Made by a program: the position numbers and the translations under genes. A stretch of DNA of 64,000 nucleotides from Bacteroidia bacterium. Its GTDB lineage: Bacteria; Bacteroidota; Bacteroidia; NS11-12g; UBA955. Below the pieces are notes generated by a model that saw only the letters and a list, made by a program, of their open reading frames with translations, was not told the DNA's origin and did no database searches. This document shows, piece by piece, positions 9,704 to 19,321 of the stretch (positions within the stretch are counted from its first letter, which is position 1; the number at the start of each line of letters is the position of its first letter). The stretch is taken from contig JBBQBB010000009.1 in the NCBI GenBank assembly GCA_038317095.1, forward strand, positions 4,956-68,955, read 5' to 3'.

Positions 9704-11134
9704 TTATAATTTTGATGGATCCGTGCCCGCAGGGTCTCCGTTGGAATTGGTTCCGCCATTTTTAGGGTTTAGTCTTTTTCTCCCAAAGGTTACATTCATT
9801 CCGAAACGCCAACTGAACGTGCGTGAGGTAGTAATCATAATTGGAAACAATACATTGTCCATAACGGAATATATCTGAAATGCGCCGGCATTTACAGATG
9901 CGCCTAAACCCACATTTAAAAAACTGCGATTGTACATGGTATTGCTTACATTTAAGCTCAAAGCTTTCCCAAGTTTGTAATTTGCATTTAATGTCAATGC
10001 GGGATAGAATCGTTTGTTGTAAAAATCGCCATAAAACAATGCACCTGCAATCCATCGTTTGCTCAATTGATAATTGGCGCCAATAAAGAATTCAGCACTT
10101 AAACCAGAGTTGAAACTTTGATTTTGAAAGGTGTCTACTTTAAAAATCTTTAACAAAGAGTCACCTACATTTTGAAAATATTGGTTAAAATCAGTGTTGG
10201 TATCGGAACTCTTAATGTGCACTCCATCAAACCTATATTTGGCATTTGGGTTGCGGCTGCGTATACTTATGGTATTTTGTTTCCAGTGTATAAAACCCAT
10301 ATCAAGGATGCTCGCATTCACACTCAGTTTGTCTGTAACCTTGTATTTGGCACCTAAGTCAAATGCAATTCCAGTATTTTGTGTTTTGAAGAAATTACTA
10401 GGTTGAGGATCAAAGGTTTGATTCGAATCAGTAGAAATAAATTTACCCAAAGAACTGGCCATGCGCACGTTGAGGTTGGCCCCCACCAAATAACTAAAAT
10501 CATTCGGATCGGTTGTGATATTTATATTTGCAGATTTGGTTTCTAAAATATTCATGCCCTGCAAATATTTAATTCGTCCTCCGAAAGTGAGTTTGTCGCT
10601 AAAATTTAATGCGTATCCAATAGCGTATTCTCGATAATGAATGGCACTCGTTTTAAAATCAAAATTAAAGGTCTCTCCAAGGTTAGAACCCCCATTCCCA
10701 TCTATGATAAAGCGCAGTAAATCTTTTGGAATACTCATTCTAAATTGAACTTTCTCTTGAACGGATAAATGAAAATAATGTTTTTTTAAGAGTTTGAATC
10801 CACCACTTAACCAACTAATTTCTGATTTTACTGCAATGTAATTGTTTTTGCTAAGTACATCCAATAGTTTATTCAAATTTAACACATTGGTATCTGCATT
10901 TATGGGTTCCATAGCATCAAAGACTTTGTTTAAATTAAATGCGCCATTTGTAAAATGCAAATAGGTACTGTTCATTGCTGGCACGCCTATATGCCATTTG
11001 CAATCTGGCACCAACGCCGGATTTAATAAATTGCTTTGGGGAATAGAAGGCATATTGTACAACGTGAAGTTTTGTTGTGCCTTCGCTATTCCGCAAAATA
11101 GAATAAATAAACATAATAATTTAAAATTTTTCAT
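9704..11134 (-). CDS. Outer-membrane beta-barrel protein (DUF5723-like)
   Basis: Signal peptide; motifs PQSNLLNPA, YREYAIGYA, GGRIKYLQG, GIAFDLGAKY, SILDMGFIHW resemble DUF5723 proteins. Confidence 0.75.
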   Translation of the reverse strand: MKNFKLLCLFILFCGIAKAQQNFTLYNMPSIPQSNLLNPALVPDCKWHIGVPAMNSTYLHFTNGAFNLNKVFDAMEPINADTNVLNLNKLLDVLSKNNYIAVKSEISWLSGGFKLLKKHYFHLSVQEKVQFRMSIPKDLLRFIIDGNGGSNLGETFNFDFKTSAIHYREYAIGYALNFSDKLTFGGRIKYLQGMNILETKSANINITTDPNDFSYLVGANLNVRMASSLGKFISTDSNQTFDPQPSNFFKTQNTGIAFDLGAKYKVTDKLSVNASILDMGFIHWKQNTISIRSRNPNAKYRFDGVHIKSSDTNTDFNQYFQNVGDSLLKIFKVDTFQNQSFNSGLSAEFFIGANYQLSKRWIAGALFYGDFYNKRFYPALTLNANYKLGKALSLNVSNTMYNRSFLNVGLGASVNAGAFQIYSVMDNVLFPIMITTSRTFSWRFGMNVTFGRKRLNPKNGGTNSNGDPAGTDPSKL

Positions 11135-12722
11135 GGATACTTAATTTGCTGTGAATTCCCATTTTCAATTTTAAATGTTGCAAGTTTGTAATCTTCACAG
11201 GGACTGAACTACCCGCATTTTTGGAGGTATTTACATAGGCTTTAATCCATAATTTTTTAGCCGTTTTTATTTTCTCTATTTTGAGGCGGTCCATGGTAAT
11301 GTCATATTGCTCTATACTTGTCGAGACAACCGTTCCAGTTGCATCTACAATAGCTCCATTGATAAAATTTCGATACGGTTTGAATAATGAATCTAGGATA
11401 ACATTATTGCTATCCATAAAATAGCCTTGTATTCCAATGGTTGTTGGAATACCGTTGTCTATATTCATGCGCAAAACAATCCATTCAATAAGGTCTATTT
11501 CATTGCCAAGACCCAAATTAAAATCAGAAGTGTCGTTCAATACAAGGTCAACTGCAGTTCCCAAAAAAGGCAATTCAGTAATTACTTTCACCGTTACTTT
11601 AGACTCGGCAGTTAAAAAATTGCGTTGTGTTTTACCGCCAGAATTGCCAGTAACTGTAAAATCGTAATTGATCATTTTTGGTTTTTTATCGATTACAACT
11701 TTAAAATTGCTGTTGTTTTTATCTAGTAAAATAGAATCGGTGATACTTTTTCCAATGTTATTTAAGGCCAATGCTGGAAAACTTTTTGTAGCAGGATAGC
11801 CTGTAATATTTGTAGATGTGCCATTTGCGCTGCCAGATAAACCAAAAGTACTGAATAACAAAGGAAATCCAGTTTCATTTGTTACCCTAAACTTAAACCG
11901 CGGATCTGCAAAGTTGTAGGAACCGGTTTTTAAATTGGCAGAAAAAATTTGCAATTCCAATGAATCTGCTGCTGTTATAAGGTTCAAATTATCTCCAAAA
12001 TAACCGTAAACACGGTTGAATTGCTGATTCTTTAAATCTATATCGACTTGGAAATTATTACTCCCTGTAAAACCATTTCCGGAATTCGTATACGATATGT
12101 CTATTTTTCCAGGTAGATAACTGTAGCCCAATCCGCCTGAGGAAAGGTTAAACTTGTAACCAATGAGGTTAAAATATTTGGAAATGTTTTGCTGGTTGGC
12201 ACTGAATGAAAAAGTGAATTTTGCAGGTGCACCATTTAATTTTAATTGGGGAATTGTAATTACAGCATTGCCGGCATGTGCATAATTGTTGTTAAACGAA
12301 ATATTCAATTCACCGTTCGCATAAGCGACAGAATCTATTTCTACGCCTGGACTTGTATAGTTAAATGAAAAGTTTCGCGTGAGGGTAACATTGTTAGACC
12401 CTGTAAGTGAATTTGCCTCGCCTAAGCTCAATACATCTGTAAAATTGTGAGATTGGTTTTGCAGAGGAACCAATTGATTTCCAGATTTGGAAATTTCAGA
12501 TGTCGCAAACTCTAAATAAATCAATCCGTCAGCATAGGTATTAACCCCAGCAAGACTCCCCACCAATTCTACAGCATCATTTAGAGCTAAGTCTGCATTT
12601 AAAATAGGAGCTGCATAGGTTCCTGTCCATTTTGCTCCGTGCAATTTATCTATTTTGTCGGCTGCTTTTTTTATACAACCTGTGAAAGCGAACGGAAGAA
12701 AAATCCACAATAGTTTTTTCAT
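11121..12722 (-). CDS. Hypothetical lipoprotein, partner of the DUF5723-like barrel
   Basis: Lipobox FTGC; 533 aa, beta-rich; overlaps the downstream gene start. Confidence 0.8.
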   Translation of the reverse strand: MKKLLWIFLPFAFTGCIKKAADKIDKLHGAKWTGTYAAPILNADLALNDAVELVGSLAGVNTYADGLIYLEFATSEISKSGNQLVPLQNQSHNFTDVLSLGEANSLTGSNNVTLTRNFSFNYTSPGVEIDSVAYANGELNISFNNNYAHAGNAVITIPQLKLNGAPAKFTFSFSANQQNISKYFNLIGYKFNLSSGGLGYSYLPGKIDISYTNSGNGFTGSNNFQVDIDLKNQQFNRVYGYFGDNLNLITAADSLELQIFSANLKTGSYNFADPRFKFRVTNETGFPLLFSTFGLSGSANGTSTNITGYPATKSFPALALNNIGKSITDSILLDKNNSNFKVVIDKKPKMINYDFTVTGNSGGKTQRNFLTAESKVTVKVITELPFLGTAVDLVLNDTSDFNLGLGNEIDLIEWIVLRMNIDNGIPTTIGIQGYFMDSNNVILDSLFKPYRNFINGAIVDATGTVVSTSIEQYDITMDRLKIEKIKTAKKLWIKAYVNTSKNAGSSVPVKITNLQHLKLKMGIHSKLSIHEKF

Positions 12723-12749
12723 ATTTGATTTTTTACAAGGTTACGACAA

Positions 12750-13166
12750 TTATTTGGGTTTATTGTCGGGATACAAATAAACGAGTGCACAAATAAAAAC
12801 CAAATTTTTAAAGATGTACTGGCCTACAATGCTAAATCCAAAGGGAGGATTTGTAAAGCATATCTCAGTAAAAAAGAACAAAGGGGTGAAAGTAAAAACC
12901 ATGTGCACAAGCGCAGAACCTATTACAATTTTGGGTTTAAAATTGAGAACAAGCCCTATTCCTATGCATACTTCCCATCCTGCTAGCAAGAGAATTGTTA
13001 GATTGCTGGGTAAGATGCCAAACATCAAATGGTTTATAGTTCCTTTGGCCAAACTTTCGGCTGGACTAAAGCTTGGAAAAAACTTGAGAGCACCAAACCA
13101 AACATAACAAATGGCCAGACTCAAACGCATGAACAGAGATAAATGGGCTTTTAAAAAACGAATCAT
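12750..13166 (-). CDS. DoxX-family membrane protein
   Basis: RLSLAICYVWFGALKFF..SPAE and GQYIFKNLV motifs; TACCTTTG promoter at 13173-13180 on the minus strand. Confidence 0.85.
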   Translation of the reverse strand: MIRFLKAHLSLFMRLSLAICYVWFGALKFFPSFSPAESLAKGTINHLMFGILPSNLTILLLAGWEVCIGIGLVLNFKPKIVIGSALVHMVFTFTPLFFFTEICFTNPPFGFSIVGQYIFKNLVFICALVYLYPDNKPK

Positions 13167-13308
13167 CTCCTACAAAGGTAAAATCTTTAGAAATAAATTG
13201 CAAAGTTTGAACTACAAAGTATATTTCGATTTGCGGTTTTAGATGCATACCAGAAAATTGAATTTTGATTTTTGATTCATATATTCTAGATTCGCTAAAT
13301 ATTAACCT

Positions 13309-14712
13309 ATGAAAAATGCAAGAAGCCTATCCAAACTGTCTATTTTAAGCGCCGTAACCTTTCTATTTGTTACATCGTGCAAAAGAGAAATTAAACCCTT
13401 TGTTTCAACCACTGCAAATGCCCAAGCTTTGGTGGAACCTGTTTTGCTTAGCGGTATTCCAGGGAGTAATTATGTTCCAAATCAACTGCTAATGAAGTTT
13501 AAATTAGGAACCAACCCCGAAATAATGAACCAATTCTTTGTAAGAATAGGAGCAACATTGAATGAGAAAATTCTGACTCATGCAATGATCAGTGCCGGAG
13601 ATCTAAATGGTGTCTATCTGCTCAATGTGCAACAAGAGGTTTATCAAGTTATAGAAAGGTTAAAAACCATGCAAGAAGTGGCCTATGCGGAACCAAATTT
13701 TATATATTCTCATTTTGCCACATCTAACGATGGTTATTTTACGGGTGGCAATTTATGGGGCATGTACAGTGCAAGTTCTAGCCCATCAAACGGATATGGT
13801 TCTGGCGCCGCAGATGCTTGGGCCAATGGACATACTGGGTCTGCTGATGTGTATGTTGGGGTTATTGACGAAGGTATGATGTATTCCCATGAAGACATTA
13901 AAGGCAACCATTGGGTGAATGCAAAAGAAAATCCCACCAACCGAAAGGATGATGATGGCAACGGTTATAAAGACGATATATATGGTTGGGATTTTGATGG
14001 GAATAACAATACGACTTTTGATGGAACTGCGGATGACCATGGAACTCATGTTTCTGGTACCATTGGTGGAATAGGTGGAAATGGAAAAGGCGTTGCTGGC
14101 GTTAATTGGAGTATAAAAATGATAAGTGCTAAGTTTTTGGGTGCGTCAGGCGGCACTACGGCAAATGCGATTAAAGCGGTTGACTATTTAACGGATTTAA
14201 AAACGCGTCAAAGTTTAAACATTGTTGCTACAAACAATTCTTGGGGCGGGGGTGGATTTTCACAATCCCTTAAGGATGCAATTGATAGGGGTGGAGCAAA
14301 AGAAATTTTATTTATTTGTGCTGCGGGTAATAGCACTTTGAATATTGATGTTACCCCAAGTTATCCGGCTAGCTATACAAGTTCTTGCATTATTTCAGTA
14401 GCCGCAATTACCTCTTCAGGGGGGTTGGCTAGTTATTCAAACTATGGCAGTATTTCTGTAGATTTAGGAGCTCCAGGCAGTGGTATATATTCTACCATTC
14501 CTGCAAGCAAAACGGCATCAACATATAGCTCTTATAGCGGCACGTCTATGGCCACACCGCATGTTACAGGTGCGGCAGCTCTGTATGCATCCATAAATCC
14601 CACAGCAACTGCTTCAGACATTAAAAGCGCTATTTTAAATGCTGTAATTTCAAATTCCAACTTAACAGGTAAATGTGGAACGGGCGGAAATTTATTTGTA
14701 GGTGGATTTTAA
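13309..14712 (+). CDS. S8 (subtilisin-like) serine peptidase lipoprotein
   Basis: Lipobox VTSC; catalytic triad motifs VIDEG, HGTHVSGT, GTSMATPHV; oxyanion motif AAGN. Confidence 0.95.
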   Translation: MKNARSLSKLSILSAVTFLFVTSCKREIKPFVSTTANAQALVEPVLLSGIPGSNYVPNQLLMKFKLGTNPEIMNQFFVRIGATLNEKILTHAMISAGDLNGVYLLNVQQEVYQVIERLKTMQEVAYAEPNFIYSHFATSNDGYFTGGNLWGMYSASSSPSNGYGSGAADAWANGHTGSADVYVGVIDEGMMYSHEDIKGNHWVNAKENPTNRKDDDGNGYKDDIYGWDFDGNNNTTFDGTADDHGTHVSGTIGGIGGNGKGVAGVNWSIKMISAKFLGASGGTTANAIKAVDYLTDLKTRQSLNIVATNNSWGGGGFSQSLKDAIDRGGAKEILFICAAGNSTLNIDVTPSYPASYTSSCIISVAAITSSGGLASYSNYGSISVDLGAPGSGIYSTIPASKTASTYSSYSGTSMATPHVTGAAALYASINPTATASDIKSAILNAVISNSNLTGKCGTGGNLFVGGF

Positions 14713-14735
14713 ATAATATTTCTTTGAATGAAGGG

Positions 14736-14769
14736 AAATGGCTACTCAAAAGGTAGCCTTTCTTTTTTT
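14736..14769 (+). terminator. Intrinsic terminator
   Basis: GGCTAC-tcaaaag-GTAGCC hairpin followed by a T tract. Confidence 0.7.
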
Positions 14770-14796
14770 GTTAAATTTTTGTGCTAATTTTGACCC

Positions 14797-15339
14797 GTGC
14801 TGCAGAAATTGAAACTGAGTGAATTAAATCGCCTAGATACCGAAGGTTTCAAAAAAGCAACAAAACTTCCATTCACGGTAGTTTTAGACAATGTTAGAAG
14901 TATGCACAATGTAGGTTCTGTATTTCGCACTAGTGACGCTTTTAGGTGTGAAAAATTGGTACTATGCGGCATTACTGCAACGCCACCGCATAGAGAAATT
15001 ACCAAAACTGCCATTGGAGCCGATAAAAGTGTAGACTGGGTTTATTCCCAATCCACTCTGGAATATTTGGTTCGGTTGAAGCATGCTGGATATACAATTT
15101 ATGGCATCGAGCAGGTTACCAATTCGCAGGCTTTACAAGACACAAAATGGCCAGGTGGAAAAGTTGCTTTCGTGTTTGGCAATGAAATTGATGGTATTAG
15201 CCAAGAAGTTATAGAAATTTGCGACGCATGTATAGAAATTCCACAAGTTGGTACAAAACATTCATTGAACATATCTGTCGCGGCTGGCATCGTGCTATGG
15301 GAATATGCAAGGGTGCATTTGTCGCAATTGCAGTCTTAA
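14797..15339 (+). CDS. TrmH/SpoU-family RNA methyltransferase
   Basis: VLDNVRSMHNVGSVFRTSDAF, FGNEIDG, HSLNISVAAG; TAATTTTG promoter immediately upstream. Confidence 0.92.
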   Translation: MLQKLKLSELNRLDTEGFKKATKLPFTVVLDNVRSMHNVGSVFRTSDAFRCEKLVLCGITATPPHREITKTAIGADKSVDWVYSQSTLEYLVRLKHAGYTIYGIEQVTNSQALQDTKWPGGKVAFVFGNEIDGISQEVIEICDACIEIPQVGTKHSLNISVAAGIVLWEYARVHLSQLQS

Positions 15340-17360
15340 TATTTTCAATAGTCCCGAAATCCGCCCGCGCCCAGGCTAAGGATTATGCAAGTTTGTGCGA
15401 TATGGAACAGACGCGTTTGGATTTGTTGGACGGAAAAAAGGATTCAGCCATCGTTTTTAGCACCGTAGCCCAAAAAAAACGCGGAAAAGAAATTTATTTT
15501 TCCAGGATTGATAGAATTCAACTGAATTTGAAGGCTGGCAGCATTCCCAAAACAGAACAAGAATTTTTTTATGCCAATTTGCTTTCCGTGCTTCAAGGTT
15601 TGAATAGAAACAATTTGAGGTATTTGGCTTATTTCGATCATTTTTTTGGCATGGTAGAATCGTTGAGCAGCAATTTGGGCGGCCAAAAAGATATGGAATT
15701 GCTAAAAAACAATGTGCCATTCGCACTGGATTGCATTCCCTATTTCGTAAAAAGAGCCCATGCCAAGGATGTAATGATTTTTGCGGCAACCAAAAAGCCT
15801 TATGATGTACTGACCAAATACAAAGATTATTCAGGGGAGAAATGGTTTTTAGACGTCCTAGAAACGGTTTCCAGAAATGACCCCAACGCCATAAAACAAT
15901 ATTTTGGATCTCAACATACGGTAAATTTTGCCCTAAAAACATCCAAAGATCCTGTGGTATTAAAACTGTATGATATCTATTACGAATATGGGAGAACCAG
16001 CAGTTGTTTTACCAACATTGATTTGGTGTATAACAACAAACTCAGCATAGAAGAAAGCGAAACGTTGGTACAAAGCGAAAGCCTATGGTTCAATAAATTG
16101 TGCGAATTAAGACGCAATCCCAAAATTTTGGGTAGCTATTCTGTAGACCAGGAAATGGGGTTTCATGCCTTGAAAGAAGTGCGAAATGTGAATTTGTTGC
16201 ATGACGAAAAAGATGAAAAGAGATTTGCTTCTCTGCAAAAAAATACAGCAGAAGAGCTCTACAATTTAATGGTTTATAGCAAGGATGAGATTTTTACATC
16301 CTCCTTTTTGGGCATGTTCAAACGCATGATGCAGCGCAGGAATGACAGCAGTATGTATGTATTTTTTGAAAAAGTGGGATTCAATAAATTTCGCACGTTT
16401 GTCCAAATGTGTGCAGGGTATAATACCATGCAAAAATTGTTAAACACCATGACAAAACCGGAACAAAACCAATTGTTGGATGAAATTGTAAAGGAATTGG
16501 AAAAAACGGGTGGCAATTTAGGTCCCGCAGTGGAAGTTGCAGATATTTATGGCAGCATCACAGATTCAATCTTGCGCATTACAATGGCAGATAAATTGGG
16601 CAAAGAGTTGACAAGGTGTTTTTTGGAAGGCAACAATTATGGTGCCCGGTTGTACGGGCTTTTGTTTAAATTGGCCGGCAGAGATCCTGAAGCCATCACA
16701 GGCAAATCCATAAATTTCGACATTCCAGTGTTGGATAAAGTAGATAGAGATTTACTTTTTCCAGATCAAAAAAATGTTCAACAACATGTGTTTTTTGACG
16801 ATGAAGATGGAGAAAAGGCCTTTGCTAGCTTCCTGTACAATTTTAAAACGGATAAAAATTATAAAATTACCGACGGTGTAAATTATATTAAAATCGAAAC
16901 CATTGTAGGCAAAAAAATTATCCTTTACTGCAACAAACCCAAATCTGAAAATGGTTTAGAATCTTTGCGTAAGTTATTCGAAAGTAGCAATCGATATCCC
17001 GACATTGTGGTGCACCGTGGGCACAGTTACCATTTATCTACCACCATTGAATTGTTAACCAACAATGCAAAAGTTGCTGTGCTTGGAAGTTGTGGCGGCT
17101 ATTTAAATATTTCAAAAATATTAGACAACGCCTCCGATGCGCAAATTGTGAGTAGCAAGCAAGTGGGTACATGGACTGTAAACGATATTTTATTGAAACA
17201 AATGTGCGAAATGATGCGAACTGGCACAGGCGAAATTGATTGGAAAAAGTTATGGACAGGGCTAGATGTGAAATTGAAAACCAATGACAAATGGAAAGAT
17301 TACATTCCGCCTTATCAGAATTTGGGCGTCCGTTTTGTGAAAGCTTTTGAACGTATTTAA
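15297..17360 (+). CDS. Secreted hypothetical protein with a possible C-terminal clan-CD peptidase fold
   Basis: ATG 15297 gives a signal peptide ending ARAQ (track start is 15219). C-terminal VVHRGHS and VAVLGSCGG. Confidence 0.8.
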   Translation: MGICKGAFVAIAVLIFSIVPKSARAQAKDYASLCDMEQTRLDLLDGKKDSAIVFSTVAQKKRGKEIYFSRIDRIQLNLKAGSIPKTEQEFFYANLLSVLQGLNRNNLRYLAYFDHFFGMVESLSSNLGGQKDMELLKNNVPFALDCIPYFVKRAHAKDVMIFAATKKPYDVLTKYKDYSGEKWFLDVLETVSRNDPNAIKQYFGSQHTVNFALKTSKDPVVLKLYDIYYEYGRTSSCFTNIDLVYNNKLSIEESETLVQSESLWFNKLCELRRNPKILGSYSVDQEMGFHALKEVRNVNLLHDEKDEKRFASLQKNTAEELYNLMVYSKDEIFTSSFLGMFKRMMQRRNDSSMYVFFEKVGFNKFRTFVQMCAGYNTMQKLLNTMTKPEQNQLLDEIVKELEKTGGNLGPAVEVADIYGSITDSILRITMADKLGKELTRCFLEGNNYGARLYGLLFKLAGRDPEAITGKSINFDIPVLDKVDRDLLFPDQKNVQQHVFFDDEDGEKAFASFLYNFKTDKNYKITDGVNYIKIETIVGKKIILYCNKPKSENGLESLRKLFESSNRYPDIVVHRGHSYHLSTTIELLTNNAKVAVLGSCGGYLNISKILDNASDAQIVSSKQVGTWTVNDILLKQMCEMMRTGTGEIDWKKLWTGLDVKLKTNDKWKDYIPPYQNLGVRFVKAFERI

Positions 17361-17361
17361 A

Positions 17362-17931
17362 ATGTACAAAATTGCTATTTTATTTCTGGTTATTTTATTA
17401 GGTTGCAGTCAAAAAAAAATTCCTAAATTAATTCATACCCCCACGGGAATAGATAGCATACAAAATTGGGAAACGCTAAAAAGAAGACAAGCTTTTCAAC
17501 CCAATAAAATCGCATTTTGTTTTATATCCTATGATAAAGAATGCCCACTTTGCAAATATTACAGTTCAGTAATTCGTAAAATTGCCGATACGTTTAATAC
17601 CAAAGGAATTCAGTTTGTGTTGCTTCATTTAACTGAATTTAAGGATTCTAATAATTTATGGGATTCAAAATCAATCCAAAAATTGTGGGATAAAGAAAAA
17701 GTTTTCATCAATATACTGGATATGACTGTAACACCTGAAGTTGTGCTGGTTGGAAAAAATGGAGAAATTATATATCGGGGTAAAATTGACGACAGGGCGA
17801 TGGATTCCAATAGGCATAAATTAAATGCGATTTCTTTTTATTTGAAGGATGTATTGTGGGATATTTGTAACGGAAAAAAAGGGAAACACATTTATACAAA
17901 AGCGTCGGGATGTTATATTGAAAAACCGTAA
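17362..17931 (+). CDS. Redoxin/thioredoxin-like lipoprotein
   Basis: Lipobox LLGC; CPLC motif; VTPEVVL..IYRGKIDD; C-terminal GCYI. Confidence 0.85.
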   Translation: MYKIAILFLVILLGCSQKKIPKLIHTPTGIDSIQNWETLKRRQAFQPNKIAFCFISYDKECPLCKYYSSVIRKIADTFNTKGIQFVLLHLTEFKDSNNLWDSKSIQKLWDKEKVFINILDMTVTPEVVLVGKNGEIIYRGKIDDRAMDSNRHKLNAISFYLKDVLWDICNGKKGKHIYTKASGCYIEKP

Positions 17932-19303
17932 GGCAAATATTACAATTTTAACCTTTGTTGCAGTTAGCATGGGCATAGTACTCTCATGTTGCCAAGGGAA
18001 TTCTGCGAATGCTATAAAAAAGCCTACATTCACCGAACATATAGCACCCATCATTCACAAACATTGTTCAGGTTGCCACAGGGAAGGAGGGGTGGCTCCA
18101 TTTTCTCTAATAACCTATGAGCAAGTGAAGAAAAAAGCCAAAACGATTGCCAAAGTCACAAAAAACAGATTTATGCCACCGTGGCCCGCGGACCCGAAAT
18201 ATTCGCATTTTATAGGTGAAAATTTTCTGTCGGAAATAGAATTGGAAACCATTCAAAATTGGGTAATTCAGAAAACACCAGAGGGCAATAAGGGCAAACT
18301 TGCGGCATACGCACCGCCCAATTGGCAAAGCAATATTGGCAAACCCGACCTTGTTTTGGCTTTGGACACAGTTCAGCTTTATCCAGATTTTCGAGATCGC
18401 TTTTTTTTAATGAAAATTGCAGGTCTAATTCCCAGTGATACTTGGGTAAGAGCTGTCGAATTTGTTGCGGGCACCCAAGACCAAGTGCATCATTTTAATG
18501 GGCATTTGTTGTTATATGACTTCAATGCCAAGAAAAATATTTTCGAGGGTATGAAAAGAACTGAAATAAGCAATGGCGAATATGACCAAGATTTTGGTCA
18601 TTTAAAATTGCAAAACGACGATGGCAGTTACCCTCTAAGAATTCATTCTGCGGTAAATTATTTGCCTGGTGTAATGGGCACAGCGTACCCAAATGGTATA
18701 GGCACTTTCAGGTTGACGCGCAAGTTCGCTTTTGTTGGTAATGACATGCATTTTGGGCCAGGAGATCAAAAAACGGTAGATCATAGTTATATCAATGTAT
18801 TTTATTCTAAAACGCCGCCAAGCAGAGAAGTTGCCGAAATAATGCTAGGCACCAATGGCGTTTCCGAAATTGTACCTCCCTTAAAAATTCTGCCCAATAC
18901 AGAGAGTAAGCATGTAACCAAATTTTTGGTACCCAAAGACATTTCGGTGCTTACCATAAATCCACATTTGCATTTGTTGGGAAAATCTTTTTTAGCTTAC
19001 GCCATAAAGCCAAACGGGGATACCGTTAAATTGATCCGCATCGCTGCTTGGGACTTTCGTTGGCAGTATTTTTACACTTTCACCAAAATGGTACCTATCC
19101 CCAAAGGCAGCACCATATTTGCAGAAGCCACTTTTGACAATACAGCAAACAACCCCAATAACCCTAACAATCCACCTAAAATAGTGGGTGAAAGACTGGA
19201 ATATGGCGGAGCCAGCATGCGCGCCGCGGATGAGATGTTTCAATTTATCATCACATACTCAATCTACCAAAAAGGCGATGAGAATGTGAGTTTGGAAAGA
19301 TAA
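17918..19303 (+). CDS. Cytochrome c domain fused to a copper type II ascorbate-dependent (PHM/DBH-like) monooxygenase domain
   Basis: CSGCH heme-c motif, MPPWPAD, VHH, MHF, PHLHLLG, WDFRWQYFY, DEM. Start is uncertain (TTG 17918 or ATG 17969; track start 17849). Confidence 0.8.
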   Translation: MKNRKANITILTFVAVSMGIVLSCCQGNSANAIKKPTFTEHIAPIIHKHCSGCHREGGVAPFSLITYEQVKKKAKTIAKVTKNRFMPPWPADPKYSHFIGENFLSEIELETIQNWVIQKTPEGNKGKLAAYAPPNWQSNIGKPDLVLALDTVQLYPDFRDRFFLMKIAGLIPSDTWVRAVEFVAGTQDQVHHFNGHLLLYDFNAKKNIFEGMKRTEISNGEYDQDFGHLKLQNDDGSYPLRIHSAVNYLPGVMGTAYPNGIGTFRLTRKFAFVGNDMHFGPGDQKTVDHSYINVFYSKTPPSREVAEIMLGTNGVSEIVPPLKILPNTESKHVTKFLVPKDISVLTINPHLHLLGKSFLAYAIKPNGDTVKLIRIAAWDFRWQYFYTFTKMVPIPKGSTIFAEATFDNTANNPNNPNNPPKIVGERLEYGGASMRAADEMFQFIITYSIYQKGDENVSLER

Positions 19304-19321
19304 ATGAATTATTTTCGCCCC

